Positions 1 through 11,300 of a stretch of DNA of 35,929 nucleotides are shown in pieces (the stretch's first letter is position 1; every line of letters begins with the position of its first letter). The notes below the pieces were generated by a model. The model ran no database searches. It was not told the origin of the DNA and was given only the letters and a program-made list of their open reading frames with translations. This stretch comes from Guillardia theta CCMP2712. Taxonomy: Eukaryota > Protista > Cryptophyta. The translations under genes were made by a program, and so were the position numbers. The DNA lies in contig NW_005434538.1 of NCBI RefSeq assembly GCF_000315625.1, positions 113,865 through 149,793 of the forward strand. Direction: 5' to 3'.

Positions 1-53
1 GGAGGAGGAGGAGGAGGAGAAATGTTCTCATCTCCTGACTTCGCATCCTGCAG

Positions 54-2436
54 GTATCAGGATGCAATTTCTTCCAAGGTCTGCCTCATCTAGAGCCAAC
101 CGTCCGCTACGCCTTCGCCAGGACGACTCACGACACCGCCATCTTCGCTGCCGTCATGGCGTCTGCCGCCCGTGCCTGGAAGCCATACAACAGCTCGCTG
201 AGCGACGCATACCTGCACGCGGCCGAGCTAGCCTGGGAATTCCTCCTCCTCCATCCCGAGAGCCCCGTCGGAGGCTTCAAGAATCCTCCCGGGAGCTGCG
301 GAGGGACGGGCGAGTACAACGATGAGTATGACGGAGACAACCGGCTGTGGGCGGCAGCAGAGCTCTATCGGACGACCGGGAAGGAGGGGTACCACACCTA
401 CTTCAAGGACTGGTACTCCAACAAGGTCTTCTACAACGGCAACAGCGGGAGCGGAACTGGACACTACACGGAGGTGTACTGGGCTTACGTCATGTCGGAC
501 CATCCCGACGTCGACAAGAAAGTCCAGCAGGATTTGACCAGCATCCTTCTCAGCTCTGCCTACAACCTCGCTCAGAGGCACGAGGCCTGCCCGTACCGCA
601 GCGCCTCGAGACTCGACGTCGCGTCCTGGGTCGGGTGGGGGTCCTTCACCTACGGTTCCCGGGACTCGCTGCAGATGCTCATGGGCTGGCGGCTCAACGG
701 CGATCAGAGCCTCCTCCTCACGGCGCTTGCCAACCTGGACAGCCAGTACGGCGCCAACCCACTCTCCTTCTCCTTCGTCACCGGGCTCGGCGTCAGGTCC
801 CCCCGGAGACCAACGTGCGTGACTTGCATGTACGACGACGAGGAGGAGCCGTACCCCGGCATCCCAGTCTTCGGGCCCTTCGCCCATCTGTCCAACGGTC
901 ATCCCTACTACTCCATCGTCCAGCACGACGCCAACAACTTCCCCTACTTGTGGAACCTCGACGACGCTGGTGACGCTAACCCCCAGCCCCCGTCCCCAGC
1001 CCCCATCCTTCTCTTTTCCCTTCCCTTCCTCTTCCTGTTGCTATTTCTCTTCCTCCCCATTCCTTTCCTTTCCTTTCCTTTCCTTCCTTCTCCTCCTGCT
1101 CCTCCTCCTCCTCCTCATTTTCTGTCGCTCTCCTCGCCTCGCTCTCCATCCTCTCCTCGCTTTCTCTGTCTCTGTCTCTCTCCCTTCTCACTCATTCTCT
1201 CCAGTTCCCATCCTCAGGAGGTACATCGACGAGCCCAAAATCATCCCGGAGAGCGAGTACTCCATAGGCTCCATCGCCCACACCCTCGTCGCCGTCAACT
1301 TCTTCGCGAGCTTCTCGGGCGGACCGAGGAGGTTTTTCTTCGACAGCGCCCTCCTCCTTAACCGAACCGACGTCCCCGCGGCCCTGAGCAGGAGGAGGCA
1401 GGCGGGGAAGCAGCGGCAGGGGAAGATGAGGAGTGTCAGCAGCGCCGTGACGCAGAACTGGATCGAGATCAAACTTGAACGTCCTGCTACCCGCGCGGCA
1501 TCAACTCACACGACTTGCACTGAAGTCTTTGACGACTCTTCCCTGCTGAAGCTCGGGACAGACGCTGCCTGCTACTGGAAGGTTGACCCCTGCTCCTTCT
1601 TCTGAAAGTCTCAACCCCCCCCCCTCTCCTCCTTCCTATTTCTCTGTGCTCCTTCCCATGATCCATCACTGTCTGTCTGCTCCCCTCTTCCGCCACCTCC
1701 TCCTGCCCCTCCTTCTCTTTCCTCTGGTCCGCGTGTCGCGCATGCTGTCTAAGACCGTTAACATTATCTCCAGGAGGACGGACTTTCCCTCTTCATCGGC
1801 CTCGGCAGCGATCACTCTCTGAGGATCGGAGACACGCTCTCCACCAGGAAGCCAGCAGTGGGTTTTGACAACAGCAACACGATGCTATGGGAGGAGAGAG
1901 TCTACCTGTGGGACGGTCGGGCAGACCCGTGCATCCTCCTCTCGTCATGGGTCGAGCTCGGGGCCCTGGCAAGAGCGATGGACCCTTCCTCTACCTGCGG
2001 CCTCTTCGTGACAGGAGGGATGGGAGCAGAAATGACTTCAGAGTTCGAAGTTTGGCTCTGCGCCGACGACGGACCGGGCCTCGCCGTCTGCCCCAGCACG
2101 GCCCTCTGCTCCTCTGCTCCCGTCAGCAACGTCTCTTACGCGTACCCCCTTCCTCTCAACACCCCGGACAGTCCTGCTCTCCCGGACGTTCCTCCTCCTC
2201 CCTCCTGGCGCAGCGTCGAAGGGCACAAGACGATGCGAGCACCGCTGAGCCTTGATGAGCACCGGGAGCAGGCGAGCAGGGAGGAGGTAAAGAAGCTGCG
2301 GGCAGTTACAAACGTTCCTGCGAGCAAGGAATGGGCATGCTTCAGGTATCATGAGCCGTCGGGGGAGTGGCGGTGGTGGGGTTTTAACTCCGAGCTTCAA
2401 CTAGTGAAGCAGGACGAGACAAGTGTTGTATCGTAG
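54..2436 (+). CDS. Glycoside hydrolase family 9 (endoglucanase/cellulase-like), 3' part, with C-terminal extension; 5' exons lie upstream of the window
   Basis: Exons 54-969, 1205-1581 and 1774-2436 join in phase across GT-AG introns. GH9-type motifs: TTHDTAIFAAVMASAARAW, EYNDEYDGDNRLWAAAELYRTTG, YGANPLSFSFVTGLG, and RRYIDE...ESEYSI (the GH9 catalytic-acid region). Confidence 0.85.
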
Positions 2437-2574
2437 TGAAGACAAGATTTTATCTTGCACGGTCCGAAAGATGTCATCCAAAACGCGCTTACATGTCAGA
2501 CAGAAAAAATGCGCAAGGGAAAAAAAACTAGCAAGAGCTCCAACTCTCTGCAGTATGAGCAGGGGCCGGTCAAG

Positions 2575-2867
2575 TTAGAAGGGGGATCGCTCAGCCTGCA
2601 GGTGCAGATGATGGTCGTCCTTGCAAGACGCGCTGCTCCCAGTGTGTCCTCCAAAGTCGCTACACATCACAGTGGCAAAACTCGCGGAATCCTTCTTGAT
2701 GGGAAAGCCGTCGACTCCGTTGAGGATGGTGGTGGCCGAGGACATCTACTTGCCATCACCATGGAGCGCTAGCAAAGGAGCGAAGCGCGTACCTGCTCGT
2801 AGCGTCCGGGGGTGTGACGGACGGAGTCGGAGTACGTCGCCGAGAAGTTGGTGAGGAGGGAGAACAT
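2575..2867 (-). CDS. Putative small spliced protein (~81 aa), unknown function
   Basis: ATG at 2867; exon 2867-2793; phase-0 47-nt intron (gtacgc...gtag) at 2792-2746; exon 2745-2575 ending in TAA. A further GT-AG intron-like segment lies upstream. No recognisable domain. Confidence 0.35.
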
Positions 2868-3487
2868 GGGAGGAGCTGTTGAGAAAGATGTCAATCAGAG
2901 CAACCAGCTGCTGTTGTTCTCCCTTTGCTGATCGTACATCTTTCACTACACTTCTAGAGACAGCGGCTTTCCAACCCGTCACTTCACTGATACTGTAAAC
3001 CCTGTGTTCACGTGTCCTGTTCCCTCCCTCCCTCCCTCTTTCTCCCTCCCTCCTTCCTTCCCTCCTTCCCTCCTGCTATCCGGCTCCACTCCCTGCCGCC
3101 CTTCCCTCCCTCCCTTCTCGACTCATGCAGCAGCCGAAAATAGCTCACGTCGAGTTTCACTCAATAAATGACTGCCAGTCAATGTTTTTTCCTGCGTCAA
3201 TTCTCGGTGACTTACTGAGGCTACTCTGGCAGTAGCCTAGAGACTGAGCCGGGCCTAGAGCCGGCGGCCCGCCGCAGCCCAGCGGCCGACCTTCCGAGTC
3301 CCCCCACCTCCGGCTCAGTGACGTGCCGTCCAGTTCGGAACACCAGACTTGTGAAATCATTTCTCAACTTCACTTCACCGTTCACTTTCACCTCCTCCTC
3401 CTCCTAGCTTCTTGGCCCGGGGCTCCTCCTCCTCCTCCCCCTTCCTCCTCCTCCTCCTCCTCCTCCTCCTCCTCCCCGATAGCGGCA

Positions 3488-6400
3488 TCATGATCGCAGC
3501 ACAGGGACGGTGTACCACACGTTGGACCCTCTCTTGTGGACGCTGAAGGAATTCTTGTCCAGCACCTGCCGCTGCTTCACGTGCTCAGCCTCCACCCTCA
3601 GGACGCGCGCAGTCTTGGCTGGAGGTCTCGATGTTGTAGCCCCTGGTGTAGAATTAGGTGGAGGGGTGAGGAAGGAAGAGGGAGAGGAAGAAGAGCGGGA
3701 CAGGAGTAGGAGGATGAGAGGAGGAGGGAGAGGAGGAGAAAGAGGAAGGAGAGACGGGGGAGCAGGGAAGTAGAGCAGTGAGGTAGAGTCAGCACCGTTT
3801 GTTCTTGGTCTCCTTTCAATTCGCATTGAAACACAGGTGTCAGAGCAGCAGCAGGGTGAGAGAGGAGAGGGAGGAGGAGGAGGAGGAGGAGGAGGAGGAG
3901 GAGGAGGAGGAGGAGGAGGAGGAGGAGGAGGAGGAGGAGGAGGANNNNNNNNNNNNNNNNNNNNNNNNNNNNNNNNNNNNNNNNNNNNNNNNNNNNNNNN
4001 NNNNNNNNNNNNNNNNNNNNNNNNNNNNNNNNNNNNNNNNNNNNCCCTCCCCTCCCCTCCCCTCCCCTTCCCCTCCCTCCCTCCCCTCCCTCCCTCCCTC
4101 CCTCCTCCTCTCTCTCCTTCACCCCCCCCCTTCCCTCCTCCTCCTCCTCCTCCTCCTCAACATCATTCGACATCCATGTCTTACTTTCTTGGGCTGGCTG
4201 GGTGGCTCGGGAGGAAGTGAATCTCGGGGTTTCGTTCTTGCGTCTCAACTCCTCCGCCTCCACCTCCTCCCTCGACTCCTCAATCAGCCGGTACAAGTCC
4301 CCAGCTGCTCGCCGCGAGACGGGCAGCGACTGGAGACGATGCCCAGTCAACAAGCTTGTCAAGCATAAAAAAAATGTCATCCCTCACCAAGATCAAGGCT
4401 CGTTCGTTCGTCTCCGACCCCTGCTCGCTCCACTGTGTCCCCACGTCTCGCGTCTCTACCGTTGCCGTCCTGCCTGTCTCCTGGACCCACAAGTCATCTG
4501 CCCCATCCCGACCTCCCTCCTCCCTCACCTTCTGCTCCCTCCTGCCTCCCCCCTCTCCTTCTCTCCTTGTGCCCTCGCCCTCCACGTCAACGCTCGCAGC
4601 AGTCTTGATTGCGTTCACTTCCATGGCAACGCGTTGACTGGCTGCTGTTCTCCCCCTGCTCTGCATCTGCTCCCGCTCTCTCTCCTGCTCCCGTGGGTCA
4701 GACCAGCTCCCCAGCATCCTCGAAGACCTTTCGCGCACTATGAGACTGTCTCTTCAACCTGCTACAGTATCCTCGGCTCTCAGAGTAGAGATTCTGAGTG
4801 ATGAGTCAGCAGCAGGGAAGGAAAGTGAGTGAGTGAGTGAGTGAGTGAGTGAGTGAGTGAGTGAGGGAGGAAGGAAGGGAGGGAGGGAGGGAGGGAGAAA
4901 GGGAGAAGGAAGGAGGGATGGAGGAGGGGAAATATTTTTCTTACCAACTCTCGCTCGAAAGCACGTGTGAATCGATCGCGCAGATCAAGGACTCCCTGAG
5001 TGACCACATAAGTATACCATGCAGCAATCATCATCATCATCATCACCACCACCACCACCACCACCACCACCACCACCATCATGATCATTATCATGATCGT
5101 CGTCGTCATCGTTGTCGTCATTATCACCACCACCATCACCACCACCATGACCATGATCAACATCATAATCATCACAGTAGCAGCAGTCACAGTACTAGTT
5201 GCCCTCCTCCTTTGCCTCACTCTCCTCACCAGCCAGACAGTGATTGGGATGACCATAGAAGGCGATTGATCGGAATCTTCGCTCATACTCCTTTCTGTTC
5301 AACATAATGAAATATTTCCACATCCTCTTCACTGCTTCCGCCTCCACTTGCCCCATCTCTCCCTTCTTCTTCGCCTCCAGTCCCCCGTATCTTTCTTTCC
5401 TCCTCCTTGAATTTGCCTCCTCCCTCCCTCCCTCCCTCCCTCTCTCCCTCCCTCCCTCTCTTCCTCTCTCCCTCCCTCCCTCCCTCCCTCCATGGACTTG
5501 GTCACCTTCTGACAGCAGAGTCACGAATCCTCCTTTCGAGCTCTGCGGTATCAAGAAAAAAAGACGTCAAGCTTGGGGCTCTCAAAGTTTCAGATCGATC
5601 AACCAGAACTTTGATGCGCCGAAAGGTTTCAGCCCAGACGAGAGAAATCTGTGCATGAAATTTTGTCGGCTCCTCCTGCTCCTCCTGCTCCTCCCCATTC
5701 TGCTCCTGCTCTTGCTCCTAAACCCTCCTTCCTCCTACTGCTCCTCCCCATTCTGCTCCTGCTCTTGCTCCTAAACCCTCCTGCTCCTCTCCCCCCTCCT
5801 CAATCTGCTCCTATTTGTCTTCGTCCCTTCTTACTCATCGACATCACCTGTGTCCCAACGTCGAGCCCGATGACCACTGAGTCGCTTGCCGGGTCGTACT
5901 GGCCGACCAGGGAAGGATAGGTGAAACTGAAAGGAAACTCAGAACGAGAGACAAGAGGAGAATGTCAGGCTAACGGCACAAGTTGAAGCTCTCGGGGGGA
6001 AGCTCCCTGCTTCGTCCCCTTCTCTTCCATCCGAGCTCTGATCTCGACGTCAGTTTCCCAGCCTTAAGGCTAACCTCAATCTCCCTCACAGCTTTCTTCG
6101 TCGCCGCTCCGAAGTAGCCACATCTGCTCATCGTGCGCAAGGTCAGCCTGCTGCTCGTCCTAGGGGTTTCAACCTTGATCACGATGAGAGGTGGTGGGTC
6201 TCGTTTCGTCCTCAATCCTCTCGAGTTCAATCTCTCCCGCCCCGTCTTGACCTTCTGCTGAGAGGTAGTCCGCAAGCATTGCCTTGAGTTCATCCTCCTC
6301 CTCCTTGTATGACGGGCGTTTCACGTTTGCTCCCTTCTCTTCATCAGCTCTGTCCAAATCATCGCCTCTAGTAGTCTCGTGCCAATCCACTGAAGCCTTG

Positions 6401-7085
6401 TGAGTAGTCGGATCTGATCTTGATGCAGGCATCTGATTACTGTCCCCATGCATGTCCGGTGTTTCCTCCACGTATGTATCATAGAGGATTGGATGACGCT
6501 CCTCCTGCTCGCGCAAGGACGGAACGTCGTCTTCTTCTGTCTGGGTGCTCATGGAAGCACAGACTGTCCTGACATTCTCACGAGACTCTTCTCTCTGAAC
6601 CACCTGAAAAAAATCCTCAGAGCACTTCTAGGCAAGAGTTCATGCCACATCGCTGACCTCGACGAGCTCGCTCGTGGGAGTGACAATCTTGAGGACCCTA
6701 GTGTCTCCCAGCCTGGCTGCTCCGTCCTACCTCAACCCCATCAGATCTTCTTGAACGCACCACACTCTCCTGACCGCATGCTTGGGGCTCGTCTTCCACG
6801 CTTTGGATCACAGTCAATATCCTCATGCAGAAGGTTCGACTTCGCACCTGACAGCTCCGGAGTGGGAGGAGTTGTGACTTTCCCTGCATCTCGTTGGATC
6901 CTTGGGACGGAGAATCTTGATCCTCCTGTCTTGCTGCTCATCAAGTTTCAGCCCCCTTGTCCAGTACCGAACAACGAAGTTCCTACCGAATACCTTGCGT
7001 CGGGTTCCAGCTCATGGCCGGCCAGAGCAAAGGAGGAGCTAGAAGGGACTAGACCGCTGGTGGAGGAGCAGCCAGTCAACATCAT
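3488..7085 (-). CDS. Hypothetical multi-exon, charged/low-complexity protein; exon structure uncertain and spans an N gap
   Basis: Exon-like open segments on the minus strand (for example 6603-6169 after a ttttcag acceptor, 4738-4390, and ~3645-3488) are separated by microsatellite-rich intron-like tracts. No recognisable domain. Confidence 0.4.
5028..5170. repeat. (CAT/CAC)n microsatellite tract; (GTGA)n at 4826-4864 and (GAG)n at ~3869-3943 lie nearby
   Basis: Simple repeats visible directly, in presumed introns. Confidence 0.9.
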
Positions 7086-8373
7086 GAGCTCCTCCTCCTC
7101 CTCCTCCTCCTCCTCTTCCTTCTCCTCCTCCTCCTCCTCCAGCGCTACTTATATCCTGCATACCTGCTATCGTTGAGCCATGGGTGGGACAGGAAAAAAA
7201 AAGTCATTGTCACCTCCACCGGTGACCGGAAGGTCTAGAGTGGGACAATCGAGGGGTGGGGTGGGGTCAGTAGTTCAAACGGTTGAAGTCAGTCTGGCAG
7301 TACCGAAGTTTTTACCCAACAGGGCCGGTGTAGTGTGGCCGGCGGTCGGCCGGGCGGGCCCGGCCCGGCAAGTCGACTCGCTGCCGCGGAGTAACCGGCG
7401 TGTAGTCCTGGCACTGGCAGGCTCAGTCGACGGACTCGACGTGACTCGGACGGTAACTGATCGATATATCCGATTATCCGTAAAGTTCATCCTCCTCCTC
7501 CTCCTCAGTCTTCCTCAGCCCGGGCCCGGCGCTTTCTCCTCAGCCTCCGGGTCTCGCCGGGCGGCTGAAGCCTCCGAAGCCTCGGAAGTTCTCCGACTCA
7601 GTGTTCACGGTTTGTACCCGTAGTTCCCTTCTCTTTACTCAAAGTTAAGTTAAAATCAGTACGAGCTACCGCATGATGTTAAAAGTTACTTTTGATGGGT
7701 ACAGTAGTACCAGGTTTTCTTTTTTGCTCAGTTTAGTACTACCGACTACCCTTTACTACCCAGTAAAATCACTCAATTTGATGTTACTTGCCTTGAGGGT
7801 GGGGTAGTTTGGAACGGTTCTTGGATGGGGTAAATAACCGGGTATTTGAAGGGTAATGAGGGGGTGGTTTGTCCGGGAAATTGAGGGGCACAGTTGCATG
7901 ATGGGTGGGGTACACGAGAAGTCGTAAATGATCTTGTTGCCAAATGCTCCAAATCTGTACTATAAAATTTGGAATATACAGTACCCAAGATTTCACATTT
8001 GAAGTTAGATAGAAATTAATCGTGAACGACTAGGGAGACAGACGGAGTGAGAGGGTGGAAGCGTTAGAGCAGAGGGACATCGAACCTGCGGCATGGCGAA
8101 GGCAGCAGCATATATTGAAGTGCGGCATGGCGAAGGCAGCAGCATATCATGAAGGCTAGGATGATGGCTCAGAAGCATAGATGAACCAGCAGAAACATCA
8201 TGACGATCGGGTCTTAGCAAGAAATACCTGCATTACGCACTTTTGTTCGATATCTGACGGAGCTTGAACAGGAACGTGCGTGCTTGAGTAAATTAGCCTT
8301 CACATTTAAAAAGGCAGGTGAAATATGCCAGGATAGCATTCAAACTCTTGCCACATATCGCCGTCGTACAACA

Positions 8374-11300
8374 ATGAGCAAGAGCGAAGAAACGAACCTG
8401 CACAGTTTGAGAACGATGGATCCAACAGATTACCAAGTCTCCATGCAGGCCCTTGACAGACAGCTGAAGGAAAATTTCACTCTGCTGTACATGATCAAGC
8501 CAGGAAACTATTTGCAATCGAAACTCAGGATGCAGGCCCTGTACCGCGATGGCTTTGTCTCTGCCCTGTTTCATGAAGAGAGTATAAAGGCACTGTACGC
8601 CATTCGAGGAATACAATTCATCTCCTTCACCGTCGGTTGGTATCTGGTCACCAGGACCTACCTAAATTCGTTGACTTACCGTTATCATGAGCACCGGATA
8701 GTCAAGGTGGAAACGTTTGTAGTGCAAACGGATTATCAACGACAACCCACTGCGATAGATTTCAGTCTAGCCAGCTGCAGCTGGAAGACCAATCTCCTGT
8801 TTGTGATTGACGTTGCACACGGAGTTTCTTACATTCTTGCCTCCATCTTCGGCTTCTTTGAGAAGACAAAAACCCCGAAAGCGGTAGGCAAATGCAAAGC
8901 GGGCTTACTTTTTTGACGCATTTTGAACTCATTTCAGGTGATTTGCCTGGGTGGACTGATTGCTGGGATCGGGCATATGATTCTTTTTCTTGGAAATGAT
9001 GAGAATTTTGTCAAACCAGCGAGTTATCACTGTTTGGTTTCAAGCCTTGTGGTGAGTGTTTCCATGAATGGCCTTCACTTGTTCTGATTCCTTTTTCAGT
9101 CATTTTTGGTCTTCCCGTGTCCGACTGTCTTCAAAGAATCTCTCACCTTGGAGTTGATGCTTTCTTCTCTTGTCATTCTATCCATCTCGCTTGGGGCAGG
9201 TGGCACTTTTGCAGTTGAGTTACTGACAGCGATTGGGCTGTTTTCTGCTATCTTGGTGACCAAATACGCCATCATGATCGCTGTGCGTATTGAAGCGAAG
9301 AAAGACACAAACGCTTTCGATGAAGCATGGCGCTCGATCACTCAAAGTTCATTCGTTCAGGCAGACCTAGGAACGACAGAGCAGATCTTGCAAAACTTTA
9401 TGTTGTCTTGTCCTGGGCTCAACTCGCAAGATGCGATACATACCTTTGTGATGCCTGACCGCCCGACCTCGGACATGATCGCAACAGACTCCTCTCACCT
9501 GAAAGTGTCGGGCAGCTACAGGTCTTCTGCGTTCTCGATGGAGTCGTCATTCTCTCTGTCCAATTCTTCCTTCTTTGCCGGATCTATGCCGACATTTCCT
9601 GTCGCAGATCTCGATCAGCTTTATGTCCGATCTGTCTTAGTACTTCCCATGTTTTTCCGTAAGCTGATTGCTATCGGAGGTGTGAGCAAGGGATATTGTT
9701 GTTGCATGGACGAGAGAGATGGATCAAAACAGTACATTCTCTACAAAGAATTAGGTCAATCCCCTGACATGTTCGCGAGCATTTACGACGCGAGCTTGAA
9801 GCGAGTTGATCGTGCGGTGGAGAAAGTCTTGATTCACTTGCAGGGTGAAGTTTGTCGGATCACCGACGTCGTTCGGCAGAACATGCTGTTTGACAACCTG
9901 CATGACTTGAACGTGGCGCTGAAGCACTGGCTAGAGGACCCGGAGGTGAGGGTGATGCATGTTCGAGACCGTCTCAGCAACGGACACAGCGGTTATCGCG
10001 ATATTACTCTCATTGTGTCGTTTGTCAACAGTGTGGCAATGCACAACAACGTGCTGGGGCACGTCTGCGAGGTTCGACTTTCCCTTATCTCTCTGCACTC
10101 CATCATCGTACTTGGCAAGCACACACAATACCTGCGGAGGAAGATGGTGTTGCGAAAAACCAACAAAGTCAAGAGAGGGAGCCGGAGAACTTTGCTGCTC
10201 GTCAACCTTCATTGGAAGCAATTCCTCCGAACTTTCTCGTTTGCCGTGCATCCTGCCGCCATCGAACGTTGTGCAGTGAACCAAAGCTCGTTGCTGGCCT
10301 CGTTCTCCCCTACCTCTTCTTCCTCTCCTCCCTCTCCTCTCTCTCCTCCCTCTCCTCCCTCTCTCTCTCCCCCCCCTCCACCCCTGTGCCCAGTGCTCAA
10401 CTTGAAGAGCATCTTGCCGGGAGGCTTCTTGGACCATATGGTGAAGTCAGCGGATGCGGGCGTGCACGACTCGAAGACGGCGAGTGTCATCTTCTCCTCG
10501 CGTCCTCTTACCAACGTGATCCACAAGCCCCTCTTTCAGCTCTGCCTGGTGTTCATCGGCTTCATGCTTGTGGTCAACTACGCCATCGACGACTACTACC
10601 CCGTGCGGGAGATGAGGACCCGGACCCTCTTCTCTGTCGCGCATGCTCGCGTCACGATAATCCGGCAGAGAGATCCCTCGCTCGCCGACCCCTCAGTGGT
10701 TCCCATCCAGAAGGTGAGCTTCCTCCGAGACTGCAAAAAGTTCTCTCCTTCGTTCGTAGGTAGGAACGGGTCTCAGCAGTTCTACTCGTTCTCCCGTCCT
10801 GTCTCTGCACATGGCTGGGAGTTCTACACCAATCCCGACGTCTCCTCCTACTACAGCGATCCCCTTGCCTTCGACTTGCACGTGCTGGGGGAGGACGAAG
10901 GAGTGAATGATCCCATTCGCGCCAACGAGACGCAGTGGGAGCTGAGGACAAGATTTGACTGCAGCATGAACCGTGCTACTGCTCTGTGTCACTCAGAGGA
11001 GGCCAACATCTCCCGCACGAGGGACGTTCGCTACTTCGTGGACCTGCGGATGGCCTGGCAGTGCGCCTTCGAGCTCGTGAACATCGGCCTCCGCTTCCTC
11101 GCCTGCTTCGGCACCGCCATCTTCGTCAACATGGGAAGGACGTACTGGGGTAAAACGGTCTGCGCCTGCGCATTCTTTGGCCCTGGGATCTTTGACCTGT
11201 TGAACCTTATGTTCACCCCCTTTACTGTGCTGGAGTTCCTGCACAGTCTTAGCTGGGTGGTGATCGAGTTGGGGTACGGGCTCGTGATGCAGTTCAAGGA

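Noticed and set aside
4780-5774. His-rich, Ile/Met-rich and Pro/Ser-rich ORFs in the ORF track
   Set aside because: They are translations of CAT/CAC and CCCT microsatellites in presumed introns; open frames are expected in such repeats.
6448-7623. Plus-strand 242-aa and 147-aa ORFs
   Set aside because: No motifs; they overlap minus-strand exon/splice signals and a GC-rich upstream island, so they are likely shadow ORFs.
8087-8147. 27-bp direct repeat (tgcggcatggcgaaggcagcagcatat x2) upstream of the synthetase-like gene
   Set aside because: Real but only two copies, with no supporting structure; treated as a local slippage duplication.
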